In this document: positions 1 to 9,597 of the stretch, piece by piece
Layout of the letters: every line of letters starts with the position of its first letter
Numbering within the stretch: position 1 is the first letter of the stretch
Assembly: GCA_964548115.1 (NCBI GenBank)
Contig: CAZJPQ010000003.1
Span: 490 to 64,489, forward strand
Source: an uncultured Planctomycetaceae bacterium
Lineage (GTDB): Bacteria > Planctomycetota > UBA8742 > UBA2392 > JABWBM01
Direction: 5' to 3'
Length of the DNA: 64,000 nucleotides
Notes under the pieces: generated by a model
What the model saw: only the letters and a program-made list of their open reading frames with translations
Databases searched by the model: none
What the model was told of the DNA's origin: nothing
Made by a program: the position numbers and the translations under genes

Positions 1-81
1 TATTTCGATCCTGAAAATCAGTCAATGGGGATTCTTTATTTCGTTTCATATAATGCTTAACCACTGAATCAGGAGATTACC

Positions 82-999
82 ATGTTCTATCGCTACTTCG
101 CTTCAATCATTACTTCCATGATCGCAGGAGTCATAATCACTGCATGCACATCATCCGGAGAAAATCCCTCGGATCAAAAGCATTCCAAGCAAAATGCCCT
201 CGCTTCTCAGGAAGAAAGCAATGCCTCTTCTGCTGCTCAAGATTCAGGCCGAAGATTTCCTGAGCTAGACCCTGAAACCGGTTTATTCAAAGGCATAGAG
301 GTCGAAGATGGATATAGAAAGTTAAAAGATCCAATTCAAAGTGAATCTCTTAAGCTTGCCCGCTACGGCTCAGAAGAGCTGCCATCAAACCTTGACCAGA
401 TTTTACGAGACGCTGCTCAAGAGTACCTTGCATGGAACCGGGTTGATGACCAACGCCCCCATTGGGCTCCTTTTGATTGTTCTCTTCCTTCTTCAGGTAA
501 AGGTCGAATCAGTGAAGCTGAAGGCTCAAAGAATCATGCTCAAAAACTCTACTACCTTTATGCCAGCAATCGCGCCCAATACCTGCGTGTAGGTTGGGAA
601 AAAGCAAAGGAAATCAATCAGCCCATTGGGCAAATTCTTGTTAAAGATTCCTTTAAGCCTGAAAAAAGCAAAGCCCCCGACATAGACCCCGCCAAAGGTC
701 CCTACGAAGAATTTTTAAAAGGACACAAGAAATCAAAGCATACAACGCCCTGGTGGCAGTATGCCAGGCAGGGAGAAGACTATTATAAACCAGGTGAACG
801 CTATGGTCTTTTTATGATGCTCAAGTTTGATCCTGAGATGCCAGGAACTGATCAGGGCTGGCTTTATGCTACGCTTTCAGCTGACGGCACAGAAGTGACA
901 AGCTCAGGCAGGGTGGAAAGCTGCATGGGTTGTCACGAAGAAGCCGAACAAGATCGAGTTTTTGGCATAAAACGGCAGAGCAATTACAAATTCAAGTAA
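82..999 (+). CDS. Lipoprotein with a C-terminal mono-heme cytochrome P460 / cytochrome c'-beta-like domain
   Basis: ATG at 82 with AGGAG 7 nt upstream. Signal peptide ending in lipobox IITAC. A low-complexity Ser/Gln/Glu linker follows. The C-terminal block LFMMLKFDPEMPGTDQGWLYATLSADGTEVTSSGRVESCMGCHEEAEQDRVFG carries a single CXXCH and matches my memory of the P460 family C-terminus. Confidence 0.55.
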   Translation: MFYRYFASIITSMIAGVIITACTSSGENPSDQKHSKQNALASQEESNASSAAQDSGRRFPELDPETGLFKGIEVEDGYRKLKDPIQSESLKLARYGSEELPSNLDQILRDAAQEYLAWNRVDDQRPHWAPFDCSLPSSGKGRISEAEGSKNHAQKLYYLYASNRAQYLRVGWEKAKEINQPIGQILVKDSFKPEKSKAPDIDPAKGPYEEFLKGHKKSKHTTPWWQYARQGEDYYKPGERYGLFMMLKFDPEMPGTDQGWLYATLSADGTEVTSSGRVESCMGCHEEAEQDRVFGIKRQSNYKFK

Positions 1000-1034
1000 A
1001 GCTAAAAACTCTCGCCCCTTCTTAGAAAGTTCTT

Positions 1035-2657
1035 TTAAAGAGCACAAGGGTTAAGGGAAATTGCTCTTGCTTCAAGCGCGGGAAAGGCTTTCATACCATG
1101 GAGCGAAAACTGAAAAGGATCAGCAGGCCAGTTATTCATTCCAGCCCAAAATACTCGGCGTGGCATGCTCTTCACCCGAGGCATAATACAAAAATCAAGC
1201 ACCTCTCGGAAGCCCTTATTAACAGGGCTTCCTCGGTGTACAATTCGATTAGCATCAAAAATTAAAAGCGTTCCAGCTTCACCTTGAACCCGATGAAGTT
1301 GTTTCTGATCATCGTAGTATTCAAACGGCCCTGTCTCTTCGTTGACGTCTGTTAAATAAAGAATAGCTCGAAAAACTCCTGGAGGACAGCCATCGCGATG
1401 AAAGTTTTGTGGTCCAGAAGCATTCTTTTGATCTTTGAGAGTAGAGCGAATGGGACGACAGTTCAGATAGACAACATCACCTCCCGCACAGGCTTGAATT
1501 AAGGGGGCGACTTCTTCTGAGTACATCAGCTTGAAGACCTCTTGCAACAAGCTTTCCGAAGGTTCAGCTGTCATCAGATTAGGATTTCCAGGCTTCAACG
1601 CATTGCCACTCCAATCAAGCCGTGCATGTCTGTTTCCCGTATCAAGCTTAAAATCAAGCTTTGAGCGTAATGATTCAGCCCGTTCACTTCCTAAACCAAG
1701 TGTTGTGATTGCGTTTGTTTTGAACTCTTCACTCCGTTTGGCAAGCACATTCTGATCAATGCCTTGATTCTCTATAGGAGCTTTTGCTTGAACAGCTTTC
1801 TGTTGAACGCGAGCTTTCAATGCCAACTCATAACGAGCAAGATTGACCGTAAATGGAGTTGAGTTCAAAGCATGCTCTAATACAAGTTCAAGTGATAAGG
1901 ATGCAGCCTTGCGATTAAGGTGAACCCCATCGCGCTCGAACTCTGGTAAAAGATAGCCATCCTTCGTAAGCTGATTCCAGGGATTCATAAAAGGAAGACC
2001 CAACTTCTTACAGATTTCTTCAGCTATATAGTTAAAAAGTCGCACCGATTTATAGCGAGTATCTAAAGGGCAAGGAAATTGGTTTATTTTTTCGAAAAGC
2101 TGATCATCACGAGTTGGTGGTGGTGCGGCGTGGTAGTAGACAAAAGGAAAACCGTTGTTTTTAAGCTGCGTTAAACCTTGAAGAAGAGGGGTAAGAATTT
2201 TTTGGATCAAACCTGCAACGGTATCAAGAGGCATGGTTGAAGCGTTTTTTTGACGCCCATAGGGAGTTTCAAAAGGCAAGATCAGGTCATAATCCGTCTT
2301 AAGCTCTTTCATAACAAGCTGCCGCAGCTCTACTTCACCACAGAGTACCAGTAGAAGCGGTGAAGCCTGTGCATGGCCAGCAGCATATTGAAGAGCAAGG
2401 TCTTGTGGCGTGATTGAAGTATAAACAATGGTGCTGTTTTGAGTGATAAGTTCACGAGCATAAAGGGCCTGAAGAAAGGATGCATTCACAGCACCTCTCT
2501 CGTCGATAAACTTTGATGCCTGCATTTCTGGGCAATAGGAAGATAAGGCAAGATAGTTCTGGCCCTGCTCGTGATCGTGCACGATTAAATCCTTATAGGC
2601 CAGAGAGTGAGCATCACCAATGGCATAAATACGAAATGGCTGGTCCAGAAGTTCCAA
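1035..2657 (-). CDS. Two-domain enzyme: N-terminal SGNH/GDSL-like hydrolase-like region fused to a C-terminal PhyH-like Fe(II)/2-oxoglutarate dioxygenase domain
   Basis: 540-aa ORF with a TTG start as given by the ORF track; AAGGGG lies about 10 nt upstream. N-terminal motifs IYAIGDAHS ... ERDGVHLN resemble SGNH blocks I and V. The C-terminal segment NFHRDGCPPG ... TGPFEY ... IVHRGSPV shows the HxD...H facial triad pattern of PhyH-like dioxygenases. Confidence 0.55.
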   Translation of the reverse strand: MELLDQPFRIYAIGDAHSLAYKDLIVHDHEQGQNYLALSSYCPEMQASKFIDERGAVNASFLQALYARELITQNSTIVYTSITPQDLALQYAAGHAQASPLLLVLCGEVELRQLVMKELKTDYDLILPFETPYGRQKNASTMPLDTVAGLIQKILTPLLQGLTQLKNNGFPFVYYHAAPPPTRDDQLFEKINQFPCPLDTRYKSVRLFNYIAEEICKKLGLPFMNPWNQLTKDGYLLPEFERDGVHLNRKAASLSLELVLEHALNSTPFTVNLARYELALKARVQQKAVQAKAPIENQGIDQNVLAKRSEEFKTNAITTLGLGSERAESLRSKLDFKLDTGNRHARLDWSGNALKPGNPNLMTAEPSESLLQEVFKLMYSEEVAPLIQACAGGDVVYLNCRPIRSTLKDQKNASGPQNFHRDGCPPGVFRAILYLTDVNEETGPFEYYDDQKQLHRVQGEAGTLLIFDANRIVHRGSPVNKGFREVLDFCIMPRVKSMPRRVFWAGMNNWPADPFQFSLHGMKAFPALEARAISLNPCAL

Positions 2658-2710
2658 TGTAGCAAAGCCCCTTGTACACGAATTTTAAAGCCTGAGCTCT
2701 TTTTTACAGC

Positions 2711-3814
2711 TTAAGACGACGATACAGAGCTACCAATAGCACTAAGATGTTCTTCAATCATGCGTTGATAGGAAAATTTTTCAAGAAAAGCTCTGAGTTT
2801 CTCTTCTTCAAATGAAAGTTGAACCATACTTTGCAGGGCTTGGGAAAATTGTCCAATCTCCTGACAATTGACGAGCTGACCGGCAGGACAGACTTCAAGA
2901 ATTTCTCGATAGGCCGGCGTGTCATGGGCAAGCACTGGTGTACCACAGGATAGTGCTTCAAGCAATCCAAGCCCAAAGGTTTCAGGCAACTGCGATGGAA
3001 AAACACAGAATTTCGCACCACGATAAAGACTGACACATTCAGGCTGGGAAAGCCTGCCTGTAAAGAGAATCTTTGAAGTACCTTCGGCTTGGGCTTTGAG
3101 CTCTTGCTCCTGGTTGCCCCCACCGGCCAGCACTAAAGTATAACCCTCCTCAAAAAGTTTACTTTTGTTCCAGGCCTGGAGTAATAGCTCAAGCCCTTTG
3201 CCCCGAGAAAGCCTGCCCAGATAGGCAACATATTTTTCGGGCAGCTCAGGTATCGCCCTCTGCTCTTTTGCCCACTCTGGATCAAGTCCATAGGGTATGA
3301 CCCTGACCCTCTTTTCAAGTGTAGGCTCGAGTTCGCAGGCTCTTTGCTTTACGGATAAACTTGGAACAATCAAACTTGGAGTTTGCCTCAGTACTTGAAG
3401 ACTTCGTTTTCGAGTGAGCTTGCGCTGCAAATAACGACCGTTCGAACGAATATCATCTCCATGGGCAACCACACTCAATACAACTCCCTGCTTTTGACAC
3501 CAATCTAAGGCCACCCAGCCTGGGTAATAAATAAAATGAGCTTGAAGAGCATCAATACGATGCAAAGCATGGAGCTTGCTCAGATGACGCCTGATGAAAT
3601 GAGCTCCAATTCCCCGCGACAAAGGCCGTGGGAAACGCACAAGCTTATAAGGCAAATTTTGAGGCAAAGCTAAAGGCTGTGGGTCAGAGGGAATTTGGGC
3701 CAGCACCGTAACTTCGTGATTGTTCTGAAGAAATCCTCGAGCAATTCGATCGATCGCTCTTTCAGCTCCCCCGATTTTTGGTAAAAAGGTCGAAGTAAAA
3801 AGACAAATATGCAT
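2711..3814 (-). CDS. GT4-family glycosyltransferase
   Basis: ATG start. N-terminal KIGGAERA motif and C-terminal ETFGLGLLEALSCGTPVLAHD (E-x7-E type) are GT4 hallmarks. Co-oriented with, and immediately upstream of, 1035..2657. Confidence 0.8.
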   Translation of the reverse strand: MHICLFTSTFLPKIGGAERAIDRIARGFLQNNHEVTVLAQIPSDPQPLALPQNLPYKLVRFPRPLSRGIGAHFIRRHLSKLHALHRIDALQAHFIYYPGWVALDWCQKQGVVLSVVAHGDDIRSNGRYLQRKLTRKRSLQVLRQTPSLIVPSLSVKQRACELEPTLEKRVRVIPYGLDPEWAKEQRAIPELPEKYVAYLGRLSRGKGLELLLQAWNKSKLFEEGYTLVLAGGGNQEQELKAQAEGTSKILFTGRLSQPECVSLYRGAKFCVFPSQLPETFGLGLLEALSCGTPVLAHDTPAYREILEVCPAGQLVNCQEIGQFSQALQSMVQLSFEEEKLRAFLEKFSYQRMIEEHLSAIGSSVSSS

Positions 3815-4080
3815 AAAATGTTTTCAACTCTTTGATTTTAAAGCTTTTCAAGCAAAAGTATAATCCCAGAAATTTTGCCTATAAATTGAGTCTACTTCAA
3901 AAAGAACAATTTCGTTATTCCGATTCAGAAAAAGCTGCTTTATTTCTGGTTTCATTGAATTCAAGACTTATAAGTAGAGTTATTATAAGGAGAGTAAACG
4001 CTCTTTTTTTCTCCTTCTGGTTTTAAAATACCCAGTATGAAAGTGTAAACCTCAAAAGCAATTCCCGGAAAACCTCTATC

Positions 4081-4458
4081 ATGCCGTTAATTCCTACTCA
4101 TGAAGTTTCGCCTGGCCGTATCCTTGCACGCCCAATTGAAGATTCCATGGGACGTATTCTCATTAACGAAGGTGAAATTTTAACTGAGCAACTGCTGGCA
4201 GTACTTCAAAAGCGTGGTTTTGTAGAAATCGATGTGCGGCCTGAAACAAAGGATCGCCGAACTGCGATGCTTGAACAAAAGGTTGAAAAACGCTTTACTG
4301 ATCGTATTCATGCCAACTCAGATGTGATTGCCCTTAAAAAAGAAATTGATCAGCGTTTTCATAATGTTTCTGAGCAAGACCCGCGAATGCAAACCATTCG
4401 GCTTATGACCCAAAAGGTTCTGGTTGAAAACTTGATGGAGACCCATAATCTTGAGTAA
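4081..4458 (+). CDS. Small cytoplasmic protein, DUF3391-like (N-terminal module often seen on HD-GYP/HDOD proteins)
   Basis: 125 aa. MPLIPTHEVSPGRILARPIEDSMGRILINEGEILTEQLLAVLQKRGFVEIDV fits the DUF3391 pattern from memory. Directly upstream of an HDOD gene. Confidence 0.45.
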   Translation: MPLIPTHEVSPGRILARPIEDSMGRILINEGEILTEQLLAVLQKRGFVEIDVRPETKDRRTAMLEQKVEKRFTDRIHANSDVIALKKEIDQRFHNVSEQDPRMQTIRLMTQKVLVENLMETHNLE

Positions 4459-4521
4459 GTTTTAAGACATTGCATTTTAATACCAGCTTTAAACTTTTAA
4501 CAGCTGTCACAAAGGATCTTG

Positions 4522-5406
4522 ATGAGCTCATCTGAACAGGAAAATGCGCTTGAATCACTCGAAGATATCGTGGGTGAAATAGGTGACTTGCCTACACTTC
4601 CAAGCGTAATCACACAAATTACCTCAATGACTTCAAACCCCCAGACAAACGCTGCTGATATTGGAAAGTTGATAGGAAATGACCCTTCCTTAAGCTCAAA
4701 AATTCTTAAGCTTATTAATTCTGCCTATTATGGCTTTCCTCGCAAGATTCAAAGCGTTACAAAAGCTATTGTTCTCCTGGGTTTTAATAAGGTGAAAAAT
4801 ATTGCCCTTTCAGCAAGCGTGCTTGATGCTTTCAAAGACAAAAATTCCCAAAGCATCCCAAACTTTGATTTCTATCAGTTTTGGGAACATTCGGTGAGTG
4901 TTGGGATCTGTGCTGAAGTCGTTGCAAAGCATACTCGAGCCCAGCTGACGGATGATGCTTTTATTGGTGGTCTGCTCCATGATGTTGGCAAGGTGATCAT
5001 TGCAATCTTTTTAGAAGAAGGGGCTGATATTTTCGCGAATGCTGAAGCAACAAAGCGTACCTTTTCCCAAGCAGCTTTAGAAAAAATTGAAATTGACGAA
5101 GCAAAAGTTGGAGCTTTACTGGCAGAACATTGGAACTTTCCAGAAAACCTTGTGCGTTCAATTCGCTACTCGATTCATCCTGATAAAACACGACAGTTTC
5201 GAGATGTGGTCGGTTGTATTCACCTTGGCAAGGTGTTAGCAAGCAGTCTTGGTTTTCCAGCCACTGGAGATCACGCCATGCCTGTTGTTTCAAGACAGGT
5301 ATGGGAGGAACTGGAACTGGAAGAAAGTAAGATCGAAGTGATGCTTCAAGATTCTTTGGTTGGTTTTCGTAATGCAACTGCCTTTCTGGAATTGGCCAAG
5401 GATTAA
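4522..5406 (+). CDS. HDOD-domain signalling protein
   Basis: ATG at 4522 preferred over the in-frame TTG at 4519; AAAGGA RBS upstream. Motifs LPTLPSVITQI, SAYYGF, GGLLHDVGK are typical of the HDOD domain. Confidence 0.75.
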   Translation: MSSSEQENALESLEDIVGEIGDLPTLPSVITQITSMTSNPQTNAADIGKLIGNDPSLSSKILKLINSAYYGFPRKIQSVTKAIVLLGFNKVKNIALSASVLDAFKDKNSQSIPNFDFYQFWEHSVSVGICAEVVAKHTRAQLTDDAFIGGLLHDVGKVIIAIFLEEGADIFANAEATKRTFSQAALEKIEIDEAKVGALLAEHWNFPENLVRSIRYSIHPDKTRQFRDVVGCIHLGKVLASSLGFPATGDHAMPVVSRQVWEELELEESKIEVMLQDSLVGFRNATAFLELAKD

Positions 5407-5528
5407 ATTCACCTTCAGGTATGCAAAAAGTGTTTCCTTTCGAAAAGATTCATGGCCAAAGGCTTATAGCATTGAAGAATAGAATAAAGTCTTAGAATAG
5501 TGTCTAACCTAGCAAGGCGTAAATACTC

Positions 5529-7208
5529 ATGGCTGAAGACGAAACAGCAAAAGTTGAGAAAAAAAAGAAACGTACAACGCTGAAGAGTGTTCGTGTTCAT
5601 GATATTCACAAGCTCCATACCCGCAGACTTGAAACCGATGATGAAAACCCATTTGAAAAGATTCATACGTTTTTGACCCACACTGGTAAGCTTTATGAGT
5701 CAAAAAGCATTGACGACCTTTATCGCTATGGCATCACTGCTGTGCGAACACTTTTTCACCTGCACTCATACCAGATTTTACACTACGGCTTTCAAAAGAA
5801 GCTTGTGCCCCTTGACATAGAACTGAAGGAAAAGCCACCAGAAGTTTCTCTCGACATTGAAGAAAGTTATGACGACATCGTTGCCTGGGCTTTCGAATCT
5901 CAACAAGTGCTCTTTTATGATACCAAAGATGCTGGTTCAGAAGAGATTGCTTCGATTGGCATTCTCCCCATTGCAAGTAGTCAAAACCACAAGGTTGCTA
6001 TTGTACTTTGGCTGGCAGAATCTATTGATGAGATGAACGTACTGCAGGTTGATATGCTGCAGATTCTTGCCCGTGATATTGCATCTCGCAGTCTGGCACT
6101 TTTACAAGAACAGCGACAAGCCAGGCTCTCCAGCCTTTTTGACAACATAATGGAATCGGTTCCTCACGCTATTGTAGCCATAGCTGGAGATGATCGAGTT
6201 ATTGCCATCAATTCAAATACAGAGTTTCTCTTCGGAGTCAAACGCATCTTTGTGATGGATGAGCCCTACAAAGAGGTCTTTAGCCAGGAAATCGCTGAAA
6301 CATTTGAGAATTTCATCAACCATAGTTTGATGGGGCGTGAATTGAGCGATACGGAAATCGAACATCGCCTCTCCGATGGCACCCCAATTCATATTGGTGT
6401 TTCCATGAACTATTTAAAGGACAGGAACGGCCAGCCCCAGGGATATCTTTTTCTTTGCCGTGATCTTTCACTTTCTCAAGAAGTACTGAAACTGCGTGAA
6501 CTTGACAAGATGAAGTCTGAATTTGTGAATACGGTCAGCCACGAGCTTAAGACTCCTTTAACTGCTATTCTTGGTGGACTTGAGATTATTGAATCTGAAC
6601 CAGAAAGCATCCCTGAAGATATGCAGGAAATCCTGGATATCGTAAGTGGTGGCGCCCAACGACTGCGTGACTTGATCTTTGATTTGCTTGATGTTGCGAG
6701 GCTTGAATCAGGGCGGATTGAGCTGCGCGAACAGGAATGCCATCTCAAAGATATTGTTCAGGAGGCCTTGCGGGTTCAAACTCCAGGCAAAAACCATACC
6801 ATCAAGCTTGAAATTGATGACGCACTTCCTGCGATTATGATGGATAAGGCAAAAATTCTGCAATGCCTTACAAATTATATCTCAAATGCGATCAAGTATT
6901 CTCCTGATGGAGGCCAAGTCACGGTGAAGATTGACCTGGAACCGGAATCAAGAAGTGCCGTGGTTGGGGTCAGTGACCAAGGTGTAGGGCTGAGCCCAAA
7001 GCATAAGGATAAGGTTTGGCAAAAATTCTTCCGAGTTGATGCGGGCTATACTTCCGAAATAGAAGGAACGGGGTTAGGGCTTGTGATTGTCAAACATATC
7101 ATTGAACTCCACGGTGGACGGGTTTGGATTGATTCTGAGCTTGGCAAAGGGAGTACGTTTTATTTCTCGCTGCCCCTCCACCGCAATGAAAATAAAGATG
7201 AACACTGA
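5529..7208 (+). CDS. Soluble sensor histidine kinase (GAF-like/PAS sensory region, HisKA, HATPase_c); no receiver domain
   Basis: H-box VSHELKTPLTAI. N box ISNAIKYSP. G boxes DQGVGL and GTGLGL. No predicted TM segments. Confidence 0.85.
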   Translation: MAEDETAKVEKKKKRTTLKSVRVHDIHKLHTRRLETDDENPFEKIHTFLTHTGKLYESKSIDDLYRYGITAVRTLFHLHSYQILHYGFQKKLVPLDIELKEKPPEVSLDIEESYDDIVAWAFESQQVLFYDTKDAGSEEIASIGILPIASSQNHKVAIVLWLAESIDEMNVLQVDMLQILARDIASRSLALLQEQRQARLSSLFDNIMESVPHAIVAIAGDDRVIAINSNTEFLFGVKRIFVMDEPYKEVFSQEIAETFENFINHSLMGRELSDTEIEHRLSDGTPIHIGVSMNYLKDRNGQPQGYLFLCRDLSLSQEVLKLRELDKMKSEFVNTVSHELKTPLTAILGGLEIIESEPESIPEDMQEILDIVSGGAQRLRDLIFDLLDVARLESGRIELREQECHLKDIVQEALRVQTPGKNHTIKLEIDDALPAIMMDKAKILQCLTNYISNAIKYSPDGGQVTVKIDLEPESRSAVVGVSDQGVGLSPKHKDKVWQKFFRVDAGYTSEIEGTGLGLVIVKHIIELHGGRVWIDSELGKGSTFYFSLPLHRNENKDEH

Positions 7209-7465
7209 CTTCGTTTATCCAGAGAAGACTTCCAAGCTGAAGCATGGGGCACAGCCGCACGCTTTCACACAAAAAGAGCTCGTCACAAGAATAGCTTTGT
7301 ACAAAGCTCAAATTATATGCCATCAAGGTTGATTTATGCGGATAAAAGACATATCGTCTTGCTATTCGAATAAAAGGCTATTGAAGAACCTGAACTCTGG
7401 AATGAAGAAGCACCCCAGGCCTTTGGCTGGCTCATAATTTTTATAAAGAGATTAAGACCAACACT

Positions 7466-9526
7466 ATGAAAACGACTTATCAATGGCTTGAAAGCTATCT
7501 TAAAAGCGGCAAAAAGCCCGAAGAACTTGCTTCCTTGCTCACCTTTTCAGGAACTGAAGTTGAAGAATTGAAAACACTTCCTGATAACGATGTGGTGATG
7601 GCGTTAGAAGTAACCTCGAACCGTACTGATTGCCTGGGCGCACTTGGCCTTGCCCGTGAATTGAGTACATGTCTCAGCATTCCGCTCATTGAACCAGAAG
7701 TCTATTCAAGCTTCTCGCAGGCAGAACCTGGTTTTCAGGTTTCCATTCAGGATGAGAGCTTGCTGGCCTGTCCTTTTTACTCTGCTCAAGTCATTCGAGA
7801 TGTCCGTGTCGGTCCCTCTCCTGAATGGCTTCAAAAACGTCTTGAAGCTCTTGGTTGTGCATGTGTTAATAATATTGTTGATATCACAAACTTTGTACTT
7901 TTTGAATACTCCCAACCTCTCCACGCTTTTGATCTTCAAGCCTTGCCTCAGCCTGAAATCACGGTTCGTCAGGCCAGAGCAGATGAAACGTTCAAAGCCT
8001 TAAATCATCGCTCCTACCGTTTAGATCCTTCGGATCTTGTAATCACAAGTGGTCAAGAGGTCGTTGCTTTAGCTGGTATCATGGGTGGGCTTACAAGTGA
8101 GGTAAGCGACTCAACCATTGATATCCTTTTAGAATCCGCTTACTTTACCCCAAAAGGCATTAAAGCCACTGGCCGGAAGCTTGATCAACAGCACAGCGAC
8201 ATTCTTTTCTCTGAATCACGCTTTCGGTTTGAACGAGGGGTTGACCCAGCTGGTGCTCTTAAAGCCATCCAGAGAGCAACTCAGTTAATCCTTGAGATTG
8301 CCGGTGGAAAAGCAATTGGGACTCCCTTAAGAGCGGGAGAGGCTCAAGCTCTCTGGCGTGAAAAACTTGCTTTTCGCCCCTCAAGCTTTGAACGAATTAT
8401 GGGCAAAAGCATAAGCCTTGAACGCTCGAAACAGATTTTCTCTTTGCTTGGTTTGAGGGCCAACTCAACAGAGCAATCAGATTTCATCGAGGTCGAAATA
8501 CCAAGCTTTCGGCCAGATTTAAAGCGAGAAGCTGATCTGATTGAAGAGCTTGCTCGCATTGAAGGGCTTGATAGCTTTCCTGCAAGAGTTCATTTGCCTC
8601 TGGTCGCTTCTGCTCGTAACAGTGCGCAAGAAATAAGCCAGAAAGCCTGTGATATTATTCGTGGTTTTGGCTTCAACGAAGCCCTCACCGATACCTTTGT
8701 CCCAACACAGGGAGCCTATGCTCTGAGTCCCTGGACTGAGCAAACTCCCCTGGAAGCTCGTTCACCAGTGAACCAAAAACGCCCAGCTCTACGATGCTCA
8801 TTGATGCCGAGTCTCATCGAAGCCTTTACTCATAATTTACGCCATGGCAACACAGAGCTCAGCCTTTACGAAAAAGCGAACATCATCTTACCAAATCCTC
8901 AAACAACTCAAGCTCCTGAAGAGCGTGAAGTCCTGGCCTTGATTGGAGCTGATTTCTTCTCTATCAAAGGAGCACTAACTGGCCTTTTCAAACGTCTTCA
9001 TATTCCAAACCTGGAAGCTTACCCTTTTGCTTTTCCGCTTTTTGGAGAAGACTCTGGTTTGGGTTATTGGTCAAAAGACCAAAACCAAGAAACGACTCAA
9101 CCTTTAGCTATCTTTGGTCTGCTTGATCAAAGCATCCAGACAACTTTTGACTTCATTGGGCCATGTGCATTGGCAGAGATTAATCTTACTCCTTTACTTC
9201 GCCTACGCCAAACGAGTCCACGCTTTCGCCCCCTGCCTCGTTTCCCTGAAATTAACCGTGATCTTGCCTTCATTCTTGACCAAGACATTCCCTTTGCCGA
9301 TGTTCAAAAATTAAGCGAACAACACGCTGGAAAGTTTTTACGTTCGTTAACCTTTCTGGATGAATTTCGTGGCAAGCAGATTCCAAAAGGCAAAAAATCT
9401 CTAGCCTTTCGACTCTGCTTCTCTGCTGAAGATCGCACCCTTGAGCATGATGAAATAAATGTTTTTATTCGTGAGATCGTTGATGCTTTTAAAAAGAAAT
9501 TTCAAGCAGAACTCCGGGATACTTAG
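7466..9526 (+). CDS. pheT: Phenylalanine--tRNA ligase beta subunit, short form lacking the N-terminal tRNA-binding OB insertion
   Basis: ATG start. B3/B4 and B5 regions and a C-terminal FDX-ACB-like domain are recognisable. SNRTDCLG follows directly after the N-terminal helix instead of the ~100-aa EMAP-type insert. 686 aa, against ~800 aa typical. Confidence 0.9.
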   Translation: MKTTYQWLESYLKSGKKPEELASLLTFSGTEVEELKTLPDNDVVMALEVTSNRTDCLGALGLARELSTCLSIPLIEPEVYSSFSQAEPGFQVSIQDESLLACPFYSAQVIRDVRVGPSPEWLQKRLEALGCACVNNIVDITNFVLFEYSQPLHAFDLQALPQPEITVRQARADETFKALNHRSYRLDPSDLVITSGQEVVALAGIMGGLTSEVSDSTIDILLESAYFTPKGIKATGRKLDQQHSDILFSESRFRFERGVDPAGALKAIQRATQLILEIAGGKAIGTPLRAGEAQALWREKLAFRPSSFERIMGKSISLERSKQIFSLLGLRANSTEQSDFIEVEIPSFRPDLKREADLIEELARIEGLDSFPARVHLPLVASARNSAQEISQKACDIIRGFGFNEALTDTFVPTQGAYALSPWTEQTPLEARSPVNQKRPALRCSLMPSLIEAFTHNLRHGNTELSLYEKANIILPNPQTTQAPEEREVLALIGADFFSIKGALTGLFKRLHIPNLEAYPFAFPLFGEDSGLGYWSKDQNQETTQPLAIFGLLDQSIQTTFDFIGPCALAEINLTPLLRLRQTSPRFRPLPRFPEINRDLAFILDQDIPFADVQKLSEQHAGKFLRSLTFLDEFRGKQIPKGKKSLAFRLCFSAEDRTLEHDEINVFIREIVDAFKKKFQAELRDT

Positions 9527-9597
9527 AGAGTCCATACTCTGTGAAACTCTCATACCACAAACAAAATATTCGCAAGTAAAAAAGCAGGAAGAAAACC

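Noticed and set aside
3832-4026. 64-aa ORF in the GT4 / DUF3391-like intergenic region
   Set aside because: No RBS, low-complexity hydrophobic end, and it lies in a likely promoter region. Judged non-coding.
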